64,000 bases of DNA from Botryllus schlosseri (Eukaryota), in NCBI GenBank assembly GCA_051294905.1, contig CM119371.1:5396001-5460000 (forward strand), given 5' to 3'. The position numbers and the translations under genes are program-made. The notes under the pieces were generated by a model. The model was given only the letters and a program-made list of their open reading frames with translations, had not been told where the DNA came from and ran no database searches. Position 1 is the stretch's first letter. Every line of letters starts with the position of its first letter. Below, piece by piece: positions 1 to 11,900 of the stretch.

Positions 1-437
1 GTATATGGTAACTGACAACCTCCAAACCTACTAACCGCAAGCAGATCTGATGCGATCTGGCTTTCATTCGATCAGAGAAAAACCGCGGCCAAGCTGTGGC
101 AGAGTGTTGCAAATTATACAGCTGTGATACAGATATGATGCACCTGCTTGCGGGACTATATGATAATATCCAATATTGTGTATTTCACGCCATATTAGGA
201 GACGAATAAGACTTCCGATTGCAGTGATCACGAGTCTATATAAGCGCATGTTTAGTTGACTCGAGAGACTCATTTTACGCTACCTACGACAAACATCAAC
301 GACGAATAAATCTTGTATTGAGCAATCTCTTGGTTCAAGAACTTACTACAGAGTTGACGTCAAGTTAAGTATAGCGCAGCAATTACCTACAATACACAGG
401 TTACGCTACTTTGCTACTTCAGGACGAAACAACTATA
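1..437 (+). repeat. 5' LTR (partial)
   Basis: Identical by eye to 4541-4977; TATA-like TATATAA near 237 and AATAAA at 305-310; ends CAACTATA. Confidence 0.92.
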
Positions 438-454
438 TGGTACCACGTGCTCGG
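438..454 (+). promoter_or_regulatory. Primer binding site
   Basis: TGGTACCACGTGCTCGG abuts the LTR end; TGG is complementary to the tRNA CCA end. The tRNA identity is uncertain (TGGTACCA would fit a Leu-TAA-type 3' end). Confidence 0.7.
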
Positions 455-697
455 TGAACAAGGGATTACGTCTATACAGTACAACGAACTATATATCGTA
501 CGACTACAACGATATCGTGCAACAACGGACTATACCCGTACCGGACCATCAACCATCCGGTAACCCTTTCATTGCAATAGCTACGGCAGATTTCACGATC
601 AAATTCGCTTGTTGTGTGCTTATTTTACGCCTCATTATATTCGTGATTATTGTGTACCTTTCATAGCAATTAGAAGTGTGCATGCAATAGTGCTTTC

Positions 698-895
698 ATG
701 GCTAGTGGCGGCAAACATAATAAACCACCTACCTCCGTCCCTAAAGTTGGCGCAGGCCCTAAGGACGCTAAACCTAAGGTCGAAGTAGTAGGGGGGCGAC
801 CTGACAGACAGATTAGCGAGACTAAACACCAAACTCATCAATGGGAGGCATATGTCAGCACTTTGAACAACTACAATACTGCTCAAAATTTTTAG
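698..895 (+). CDS. Short ORF1 (65 aa), possible Gag N-terminal remnant
   Basis: ATG ORF 260 nt after the PBS, Pro/Lys/Gly-rich; ends on A AAT TTT TAG, overlapping the next ORF in the -1 frame. Confidence 0.45.
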   Translation: MASGGKHNKPPTSVPKVGAGPKDAKPKVEVVGGRPDRQISETKHQTHQWEAYVSTLNNYNTAQNF

Positions 896-1671
896 AAGCG
901 GTGACGCCGGCTGGCATCGCTCTTCGAATCAACGATATCGACTTACTTCACCCGAACTGGCTCACACTTTATTCTGCATTTCTTTGTTATTTCATTGTCA
1001 TATGGGTGTTTTTGATCCATTCAGACATCAGACGACGCCCGAAACAGGCTTTATCGGGACTGTCATGTGTACTTTATTTTCCGTACAATTTTCACCCTTG
1101 CCAATACGTATATGTTATGGAACCATCGCAGATGCAAGGGTTACGCAAGCATTATCTAGGACCTTTCCGGGTTTTACACAGATGGAAACATCATCTTCAA
1201 ATCGCAATCTCAGGTCGAACACGTAACGTAGCATTATACGATGTCAAAGTCATGTATTGCGACGGCGATCGCATCTCAGATTTTTCGCGACCGAACGCAA
1301 ACACGCTGTTTACATCCGATTCTCACGATGCTGAAAACCACGTGGCCACAACACATGTAGGCCGAACGGACATCGCTGCTAACGTTGCACATACAATTCT
1401 GCTTCAGAAAGCAGTCGAGCCAACAGCGAACGCATCCGGTTCAGATATTATTGCAGATTCAAGCGAGCAGATTCTGAGCGAACGAGATTTTGAAATTGTT
1501 CAACACTGTAACGATTCGAATTTACCTTGCAGACCTGCTATTATTGATAAAATTATTACAACGCGAACAGGACGTGCAATTTCCAAGCCGCACGCACTCA
1601 AGGATTTTGTTTTATCGGCAATCGATTGTCCTGTCACTTTTGACGGCGTGGCTGTTAGCAAGCCCAGCTAA
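841..1671 (+). CDS. Pol/integrase C-terminal remnant (GPF/Y domain and tail)
   Basis: QYVYV...LRKHYLGPFRVLHRWKHHLQIAISGRTRNVALYDVK resembles the Gypsy integrase GPF/Y module; TTRTGRAISKPHALKDFV resembles the usual Gypsy Pol end; no DDE core. Confidence 0.7.
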   Translation: MGGICQHFEQLQYCSKFLEAVTPAGIALRINDIDLLHPNWLTLYSAFLCYFIVIWVFLIHSDIRRRPKQALSGLSCVLYFPYNFHPCQYVYVMEPSQMQGLRKHYLGPFRVLHRWKHHLQIAISGRTRNVALYDVKVMYCDGDRISDFSRPNANTLFTSDSHDAENHVATTHVGRTDIAANVAHTILLQKAVEPTANASGSDIIADSSEQILSERDFEIVQHCNDSNLPCRPAIIDKIITTRTGRAISKPHALKDFVLSAIDCPVTFDGVAVSKPS

Positions 1672-3938
1672 AGGAAACGATACTCCGATTTCTATTACGG
1701 CTAACGTATGTCGACGTGAAGCCGCTTCTGATTTGATCGATATTCAACCACCAAACGAATGCAAACACAACCCAATTATGCATTCAAAATCGTGCCTGGC
1801 AAATATCTACGCCTTGACAAACAGATTTCACAATCTGGATGGAAAGATGTGTTTTGTTGCTGAGCAATATTGGGAGACACATTATTCTTCTTTTTTGGTT
1901 CTTATTCGCAAAATATAGGCGAAGAACGACGTTACAGTATATCCCGTTAGTGGAATGTCAACACGCAATTGTCACACATCTGTCCGCATACGGACAGCTG
2001 ACCGAACAAGCTGACGGATTACTTTCAACTAACAACAAACTACACTTGACATGGAAATGGGCTAACTCGCAGTCCGGATTTCTACGCAACCTAATCGTGC
2101 ATACAATACCGATTGTATACGATTCAATAACCAGCAAACTACGAGCCGATATATCTGATCTCTCTGAATGTAAAGCAAAGGTCGGGAATTGTCAAACAGA
2201 CCAGGGAACGGTCATATGGCCTCCCTCCATCACAAACAAATATGCGTGTCCGACGGCGCCAATTCGGATGCGTACAAACATCTTAATGCATACAAACAGC
2301 AACCACGAAGTATCAAGGGCGGAAATACCAGACCTAGCTCTATCTTTTCAGTCTGTGCACACGTGTAATTCCGATCTGGTCCGCTGCTTGCCCAGACGAG
2401 CAGTGTGCGTCACAGGAGGGTTTTACTTAGTTCCAATCCGCTGCACTTTAAGCGATGCCAAGACCCTTGGGCTGAAACTTTCGACGGAAAGACTCAACAG
2501 CTCAAGTACTTCTACGCGTCTCTTGCTAGGACAGATGCAGGAATTACATGATGATTCGATGGATAGACACAGGCGACTGATTTCACACCTGGACTACCTC
2601 AGTTGCACAATAGAACAACAGTTTTACAACGTCCACAAATCGCTGACACCAATGTCACCGGACTCGACGTTCAATATGGCACCCTACAACTCAAGATTGG
2701 GTGTGTTCGACTCATTCTTATACAAAATGCATTGCATAACACAAAACATCACCGTCCACAACAACTTATTCTTCCCGGACGGAACACTAAGCGCCCGACC
2801 ACTCATCTCGTTCAGTACAGACAGGACATATTTCGGTCAATTATACGACAACAACACAGCCTTTTTGGAGACTAGATACATCGACACTGGCTCCGCAAAC
2901 GCAACCAGAATATTCAAGGTGGGTGATTCCTATTTCAAATATCAGAATGGAATTCTCACATCACGCAACGCCTCTGTCACACAAGTCAAATTTTCGATGG
3001 ATCTCAACATTGACGATTTATTAGGATCGCCACGGGTTGACAATATCACAGAGACCTTCCTACATTTATTCAGGAAAATGGATTCTTCATTTAGCACAGA
3101 TTACGATCATGTTTTATCTCACATATCCAGTTCTATGCTGCTAGTACAACGCCTACGGAGCCTGTCCGCTTCGTACACTTCGAACCGCAGTAGGCAGGAT
3201 GACACTACACAAATTGACCCCTTAGAGCCAATAAAAATAGCATCCGACGCCATTAATTGTAGCATTTTATCCTTTTTATCCACTATTACCAACCCTTTCC
3301 TTCAGCTTTTATTTGCATGTTGGTTTGCCGCTACGATGCTATGGGGTTTATACTTTTCATGCCGTTTATTATGTTGTAATCGTCATAGGCTTAGACAACG
3401 TTTAATTGTGCATCGTGAATCTGCCGCTAGTTCATTGCAGGCCCTCCGTGCACGACTCCGCCGGCGACAGTATGCTGTTGATGAAAGGATTACTCACCAC
3501 GTTCATGGCGACGCTCACGAACTACAAACGATCCGTACGGGCAATGACTCTGACAATCTCGAGGACGAAACCAAATCTCTCGCAGACTCAACAAATGTCG
3601 TCGAAACAACATATACTTCCGACGCAGATGCACACAATCAACCATTGAATCCGACTATCGAATCGGACACATCGACCAACGACCTGACTACTTCTGACGA
3701 TTGTGTACCAGTCCAGGAGATAACACCACCAAATGCATCTGTCGGCGACGAACCCGCACAGCAACAACAACCCCAACGACAACAAAATCATGTGCCATTG
3801 GAGTATGCGAGAATCGCTGCAGTGATCAACGACCATAGCCCGAGATTCCGCCCGAGGATTCCCAAAATTCTGCACAATGCTAAGCAGAAACGACCACGTC
3901 ATACGAAGAATCGTCCGCGTCTGCCCATGAACGAGTAA
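1490..3938 (+). CDS. env: Envelope glycoprotein, class III fusogen-like; split into two frames at about 1885-1897
   Basis: Signal-like SIVLSLLTAWLLASPAKG in ORF 1490-1918, Cys-rich ectodomain with N-x-S/T sequons in ORF 1839-3938, TM segment FLQLLFACWFAATMLWGLYFSC (about 3296-3361), long acidic-then-basic tail; lies between pol remnant and PPT. Confidence 0.8.
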
Positions 3939-4335
3939 ATCTGAGTAACGCAGTATATGCCAGCCCGGCGGGTATGTTATATACTGTTATATATTGACTG
4001 ACTGACCATGCTCAAATAGATGGTCTGGATAACGAGGTATCACCAAATTTATTAGCCCCGCGCGCGCGGTCACATTGTGACATGGACAGCTGTGACGCTC
4101 AGCGTGAGTGTTTGTTAGGATTAGATTTCTTTATTGTGTATTTGTTTCATGCCAGTTATGTACATTATAAAATGAATGAATAACAACTTGCTCATTGCTC
4201 CATCAATTAGACTTGAACATTTGGACATCAATTTCCCACTTATACATTTCTCTAGTTATGTGATACACTCCATGCTACAACTGAATAATTACCTTAATTA
4301 TCTGACATTTTAGACCTATTGTTGTCTCTTTTTTC

Positions 4336-4348
4336 GGAAGGGGAACGG
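4336..4348 (+). promoter_or_regulatory. Polypurine tract
   Basis: GGAAGGGGAACGG preceded by a T run, directly before the inferred LTR start TACAGTTG. Confidence 0.7.
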
Positions 4349-4977
4349 TACAGTTGCTCGGCAACTTAAGGGTTTAAGTTAACAAACAAACAACCAATAA
4401 TTAGCATGGAGAACTCATTACCTGTATAATTAAATCACGTACTACACATCAAGCATGCTATAGTGAATATTGTAACAGATCCCTGTTGTCGATCAACCTT
4501 GAAATGTGTATATCTCGTAACCGAGAGACATCCTGTTGGAGTATATGGTAACTGACAACCTCCAAACCTACTAACCGCAAGCAGATCTGATGCGATCTGG
4601 CTTTCATTCGATCAGAGAAAAACCGCGGCCAAGCTGTGGCAGAGTGTTGCAAATTATACAGCTGTGATACAGATATGATGCACCTGCTTGCGGGACTATA
4701 TGATAATATCCAATATTGTGTATTTCACGCCATATTAGGAGACGAATAAGACTTCCGATTGCAGTGATCACGAGTCTATATAAGCGCATGTTTAGTTGAC
4801 TCGAGAGACTCATTTTACGCTACCTACGACAAACATCAACGACGAATAAATCTTGTATTGAGCAATCTCTTGGTTCAAGAACTTACTACAGAGTTGACGT
4901 CAAGTTAAGTATAGCGCAGCAATTACCTACAATACACAGGTTACGCTACTTTGCTACTTCAGGACGAAACAACTATA
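4349..4977 (+). repeat. 3' LTR (about 629 bp)
   Basis: Start inferred from the PPT and imperfect terminal inverted repeat TACAGTTG...CAACTATA; last 437 bp match 1-437. Confidence 0.8.
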
Positions 4978-5225
4978 AGGGTCAAAGGTTAAATTGAGCG
5001 GAAATTTGCTTAATGACCTGAATCGAGTCAAGCATTACATTATTTCTCAAACACATATCAAAATAAAAAGCAAGTAGAGTCTCATATGAAAGCAAGGTCC
5101 AAGGGAAATTCGGTCAAAGCTGTTCAATTTTGATCCCAAACCTCTGAAGATATTAAATTGCAGTCTCAGTCTCTGTCTCTCTCAAACGCACTGCATTTGT
5201 GCGCAAAGTTTGGAATATGCTAGAC

Positions 5226-8200
5226 CAGGAGTGGGCAAAGTACGGTCTGTGGGCCACGTGCGGCCCGAGACAAGATCTTGTGCAGCCAGTCAAGGCATTG
5301 AATATTTTTATTGAAATAATGATAATGCGCAGTTCAAATCTGATCACTAGAGAGACTCGTTTAAACTTTTTCTTGAGATATTTCATCATGATAATAAATG
5401 ATAACCGTATAATATTGCATTTCGAAACATTTCGCTTGCTAAATATCCAAGAAAATGAATTAGTCCGTATAACAATTGTGATTTCGGGTTAGAATTCCAA
5501 CATTTAGTGCTGTACTTGGAAAACTGATTTTGTGCGTGTTATTTAGATTCGTCCTCTCCTCTATATGCGCAGTTAGGTGCAAATTGTTCCTAACTTCAGC
5601 CTCAATTTAATCATAATCAGTTGTCCGAATCAATACGGAACACGAAAGGTTGAAGATGAATGCTTTGTAATGGATAAAGGATCAACTGATAGGTAGCCTA
5701 CTTCGTTCCTGCGTCTGAGGTAACGCAGTATATATTACTGCATTGACGCACGGTGAGGTTCGTGACTGGTGAGGCATGGACCCCCACCCCCCACACACAC
5801 AAACACCCACGCACGCAAAGTACCTGATAAAGAGACCCAATAAGTGAATAACAACAGCAGCAGGTATAGGGAGCATTTTGTCTGCGCAGTGATAGCCGTT
5901 GCAATTCCACATTCTAAAATATATGTCGTCGGACTGGTCGCTATTGTGCTAAATGGGCAAGTTTAGACGGATATTAAATACTATCTCTATAAGTATCAGT
6001 ATAAATTATCCGAAGCACATGAAAATAGTTTCCTTTTTTAAAAATATTTTTTCAGTAAATAACACTAGATTTGCCTAATTTTGCAAGAAAATACAACAGG
6101 ACACTTGGTCAAGTCAAAATACACCAGATCTAGTGTAAAATCACTAGAAGTGGCACCACTGACCGCAAACAACGACAAGGCAGGCTATGTAAGTATAGCT
6201 ATCACATACCACAAACACAGCATAAAGGCCACAAAAAACGACGATGTAGCCTATGCTACCATATAATTCCTGCAGGACGGTTGTATTCCGAAATCCATAG
6301 GCAGTTTCGCTGTGTTGCGATTGTCCAATTGTTAGCGAATAGTAGCCTACATGAGTCAGATTCGTTTGTGCCTTACCTGGCTATTGTTTCTCTGCGATGG
6401 CATTGTTTGTAATAAAACCGAATGTCACCTTCCTTGGCAATTTGGGGGGGGGGTTCTGGTGCTTTGACACTGTTAATATCTAGATTTTTGAAATGAGTGT
6501 GACGATAGCATTTGATTGATACCATTTGTTGTGAATTACGAGATATTTATGATGAATTGCAATGTCGCAGGTGAGGCACGACCACCTCACCTGCCTCATT
6601 GGACCGCACGTCACTGTAATACTTATTGTATTGAATTTGATGTTCTAATCTTAATCCGAACATCCTAATTAGAGGTCTAATGTATCAAATTATGAGGTAC
6701 TATATGAATCAACCGAATTAATCAAATGTCTGATACAACAGTAAATTCAGTTTTTGTCCTCCTAACAAAAGAGCTTGAAGAAGGTAAGTTTAACAAAGTA
6801 ACGCTTTTACCGAAACGTTTTTCAAGGTAACATGCTATTAAGCGGTAACCAAACCCAGAATTAGCATATCCATGACACGATCACTTCTCACTTATTCAAA
6901 TTTCCAACTTGTCATAAGAATCGGCAAAACCTATACTTCCATCTTCCCAAACTATCTCAAAATAGCTAGAGTCATTCCCATATTCAAGCTACCGGCCAAT
7001 ATCTATCCTGTCGCCCGTTGCAATTATCTCTGAAAAACTATTATTTCAAAGACTAAATGATTTCTTATGCCACAAAAAATTGTTAAATCAATGCCAATTC
7101 GGATTTCGACAGAATCATACTACCTCTCAAGCTGTTATTCATATGACGTCGAAACTATATGATACACTGTGTGCGAAGCAAACTGGATGTGGAGTATTTC
7201 TCGACCTGAAAAAGGCTTTTGACACCGTTGATCATACTATCTTAATAAAAAAAACTTGAGTATTACGGTGTTCATGGAATTGCAAAAAAACTTTTCAGTT
7301 CCTACCTGAGAAATCGATCCCAATTTGTTGAAATCAATTCAATCAAGTCATTGGAACTACCAGTAACTACAGGTGTTCCACAAGGCTCTGTGTTGGGGCC
7401 ACTATTATTCATCATATTTATAAATGATATTGTCTACTCCTCCCCAGGAAATATCACACTCTTTGCAGATGATACTAGTATTGTCACATCTGGATTTGAC
7501 TATGCATCTTCCATTGACAATACCAACTCTGAACTAGCCTCCGTTAGCAATTGGGTGTCTTCAAATAAATTACATATCAATCCCCTCAAAACCAAAATTC
7601 TAGTATTTGACTCTAAAGGATCTCTCAACAATGCGATCGCAGAATTCAAACTAAAGGACTCTTTGATTAAAACCAGTCAATATGTCAAGTATCTAGGTAT
7701 TATTATTGATGATAATCTAGTATGAGACCATCACATCAACTATAGCCTACATAGCAAGCAAAATATCTCGTGGCATTGGTGCACTCTATCGCCTGAAGAA
7801 GCTGGTTCCAATATCACTTCTCCTACCTGTTTATCATGCGCTCGTCCACTGCCATCTTACATATGGAATAACAGTGTGGGGCTTCTCTTACAAGAAGCAT
7901 ATCAACAAGCTCCAGGTATTACAAAACAAAGCCATTAGGATTATATATAGGCCTAATATACCTGCACATAGCAGTGTCAGTCCTGAATTTAGAAAATTGG
8001 GCATTCTCAAGGTCTCGGATTTGTATGAATTTGTAAAAATCATGAAACAATATAATGAAAGAACATTACCTGACTATTTCGACAACTTTTTCAATGCCCC
8101 AATTCAATTCACCATTATAACACAAGATTCTCACAGAATCAGTCCCTATTTGTTAAATTGAATTCATCAAGACTGTGAAGAAATTCCCTATCTTAGGTGT

Positions 8201-8918
8201 CAAATTTTGGAACAATGTACCAACTTTCTACCGTACTCTTCCTTATCATACATTTAAAGCTCGCTATTGTAAATTTATATTATCCAAGTACTAAGAAGAA
8301 CATATCTCATGACCACAGTGATGTTGTTTGTTGTTTTGATTCATTTAATATGCTACAATAATATTACCACTGTGTACATGGGTCAAATTGTTATTTTCTG
8401 ATCACACTGTTAACTATGGTAACCGTCCTTCACTAGTGTTGCTGTCGTTTATTTACTTTTGTTTATTTCGTTACTCTTTGCGGTGCTACTCGACTGAGAG
8501 AAGAAATTGATCCATATTATAATTATTACTGCCAATATGCTTGGGTGACTTCGGCCTAAAAGACTTCGGTCATATCGGGTCCCCCAGTCTATACCGTGTA
8601 AATTATAGTTAGGAAAATTTAAAAAATGTATACTATTGGACGTGAATGTTCGTGGACATTGCCTTTACTATATTTCATGGTTGACTAATAAAAGAACTCT
8701 CTCTCTCTCTCTCTCTCATCCCCAATCTTGACGAATTGATTGAGGATGACCAGCTAATAGAAAGGCTGACACATGTCCGTTATCATTAAATCAAGGTTTC
8801 AATCGTTTTATTCCATATCCATGTATTATCTCCATGTCGCCATGATTACTATATAATCATACTATCATACGACCATATTATAATGCGGCCCGCGAGCTGA
8901 AAAGTTTGCCCACTCCTG
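5226..8918. mobile_element. hAT (Charlie-like) non-autonomous element with nested LINE
   Basis: TIRs CAGGAGTGGGCAAA / TTTGCCCACTCCTG; 8-bp TSD TGCTAGAC at 5218-5225 and 8919-8926. Confidence 0.88.
6900..8716 (+). mobile_element. 5'-truncated decayed CR1/L2-clade LINE (RT remnant)
   Basis: RT motifs QFGFRQNH, FLDLKKAFDTVDH, GVPQGSVLGPLLFIIFIND, LFADDT, KYLGIIID with frameshifts and stops; ends AATAAAAG plus (CT)n tail. 5' boundary approximate. Confidence 0.9.
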
Positions 8919-11900
8919 TGCTAGACCCTAATGTCACGTAGCTATCTGTCAATAACGCTGAAGAAGCGCGGTATCTCATCATAACTACCGCACATTCATG
9001 ATACCTTCGGAAGCCTAAATATATATTAATGATATAAATGTCTGCGCTGCAGCCAACAGCGCGTGAGAATAAATATCGTGAATCCTAAAATTCGCAGCAA
9101 TTATTTCTAGAGATCTGCCAGAATATTTGGGAAACGAAAGCATCATATCGCTAGTATATTCGATTCTGCTCGGGCATTAATTCATTACTGCGCAATGTGA
9201 AGTCTGCTTATATCAGTCATACCATTTGAGCAACCTATTGCTACGGCATTCTGAAAACTGTACTGTTCAACTTGAAATAGTGTCAACCAGAGTAATAGCG
9301 TTCTTAGTCTGAAATGTTACGCCCTATGCGTTCGCTATAGCCTTGGGCAACGTTATCATGATCGCTGTGAAAAATGAAACGAGGCAAACTTCACGATCCG
9401 GAAAAGCAGTCTACCGTGGAAAACTGTAGCGAATGTTTAGGAAATAAAATACGCTCGAGTTGTATATCCATTGCCCAAGAATTCGACTTTAATATCTGAT
9501 ACTTGGAGTCCAATATTAAACTGAATAATGGTTGTTTGAGAATATGTAAGACGCCGAAAGGCGTTATCTTTATTGCTTATGTATTTTAGCAGCAGCTTTT
9601 TGCGTATATAATGCAATTGGTATATTTGCAGGGTTTATGTTATCACTAGACCGAACCAACCCACTACAACAGGGGTGGGCAATTATTTTCATCCGCGGGC
9701 CAACTGAGAAGTAGATATACGTTGACGGGCCGAGTGAAAAATTTCAACTATTCTTCAGCGTGTTTTGATTTCATTTATAAATTACATTGTTAATAAATGT
9801 TGCCCAGGAATGTGTTCAGCTGCTCAGGTAATGAGAAATTAACGGTAAATTAAAAAATATCTATTTTCCGTCATGATTCTAAACAATGTGAAACATGATA
9901 CATTTCTAACCCTCTGTAAGGCCATATCCACGTTCTTCTATTAAGTGGTTCTCCAAGTTTTTTGGCACGCGTCCCTTCATGATAGTGAAAATTTTCGCGC
10001 CCCATCTTCTGATGTCACAATATATTAAAAAGTGCAATCAGAATGCTTGCAATCCCAACGGATAGTTTAATGACATGGAACTTTATGGCTGTTGATGAGA
10101 GGATTCTGAATCATCAGAGTCGGACAATATAAAGAGCAATAACTGTAGCCTGGGGTAAATCGCGCGGAGCGCGAAAAAAAAATCCCATTTATTATTAACA
10201 AACCGAATAACGTGATATTTCAACGGAAATTCTCGAGACTCGTTATATTACGTACAAGGTTATCAAACTCCTCGTCTCGAATTTTTGAACGCACCGACCA
10301 ACACTATCTTCCTCACATAAATCTGATTCCCGCAGCATACAACTTTACTTCGAGAATGATACCCCAGTGTTCGTGAAAAGATTTCCATGTAATTTGTGTA
10401 GTATCGACATGTCATGAAAATCGCTAGTTCCACTTTTAATTCAGTATAATGGACTTGAAGTTTCTTTTTCCTCCAGTCGAGTAGCGATGCAGACTTTTAT
10501 TTAACCAGTACTACACGACTCACACTGACCATATTTGGTTAGAAATGAGATAATATAGTATATCAGCAATGCGAGGGATTCGTCTCACAAAGTGAAAGTT
10601 TTGGTAAAAATGACTGGAACTCGAAATTGAGGAGTAATACCTGAGATATCCAGACAGACAAGACACGCCTAATAATACACTGTATGTTTTGAATCGAACT
10701 TGATTCTGTGGTGAATTGAAACCGACTCGACTTGACTCGAGTGATATCTACAAAAGTGAGACTTGAAACCTTGTAAATTGGATACAGCCTTGATGAAAAG
10801 ACAATCAGTTGCAGAGCTTAGCGATTTCATTTGCTAATGAATAAATTTATTGTAAAAGTCGATTTCGCAACCACACAAAATTGCATCAAGAATATCACGA
10901 ATCATCGTCTAAAGTAGAGTCGCCAAACACGAGTCTTTCCGAATACAATCTGCGTATCGTAAGCGAGCTCCCATACGATGATTCCATCTGTATTTTTGTA
11001 GCAATTCCAATTTGTAGGATGTGAAGTTACGTTGCTGTTCGATGCAAATCACGGTTCTCATCAGAGGACACAGAATCCCTTTTGTGTGGTCCTAACTCTC
11101 CTGCATGATTGAAAACACATATTAAAGCAAAGGTGCTCAATATACTCATGTAGACGTAACCTCGTAAATTTAAAACAAACAAGTAGTAGGTGGTCAAAAT
11201 AGACGGCGATGCTACTCATGTAAAAGTAACTTCTCAAATATTTAACTAATTACAAGTAGAAGTAACGACACAAGTTTATACTCAGTTACAGGCAAAAGTA
11301 TTTCCACTTCGAACCAACCGCGGTTTAAACAAAACTACTCACCTTTGATACATTGAATTTTATAAAGTTTAAAGTAGTTTTTACTACTGGTATGAGTGAC
11401 ATTGCCACAACAACTAAGCAAAAGTAGTCCGTCTATCATGGGAAACAGAATTTATTTTGGTAAATTGCATCTATTGGTAATGTAATCGGTCATTTTGTAT
11501 TAGTCGTGAACATGAATCTCGCAATTTCTAATGTAGCCAACTACGATCAGTTACTAAAAGTATACGACGTCTTGGACAAATATACTTTTCAAAACTACTC
11601 GATTTGACTACCTTTCCAACCATCCTTCTTTACTTCTACTTCAAGTGGCTTTGACAAGTCCTGGGAATCACTACTCCCACTAGTGATTTAGTAGAAATAG
11701 TATAGATGTATGCAATTGGCAATAGCATTTTGATATTACTTGACAGAAGTAGTCGGTAAAACGTACTTCCATGTTCACAAATAACTAGAGTAGGTTTTAC
11801 CTACTTGCACTATTGCTTCGAGTAGATATGATAAACTACTTCCACTTGACCGTCCCAAGTGTGAAAAGTAAGCAGCCTTTTTTAAAATCAATCAAGTAGA

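Larger units (their letters stand above)
1..4977 (+). mobile_element. Non-autonomous env-bearing LTR retrotransposon (Ty3/Gypsy-like), 5' LTR truncated by window edge
   Basis: Direct repeat 1-437 = 4541-4977; PBS-like TGGTACCA right after the first copy; purine tract before the second; internal ORFs with GPF integrase C-terminal motif and a glycoprotein; no RT YxDD or RNase H seen. Confidence 0.9.

Noticed and set aside
64..273. 69-aa ORF duplicated at 4604-4813
   Set aside because: Identical only because it lies within the LTRs; no coding features.
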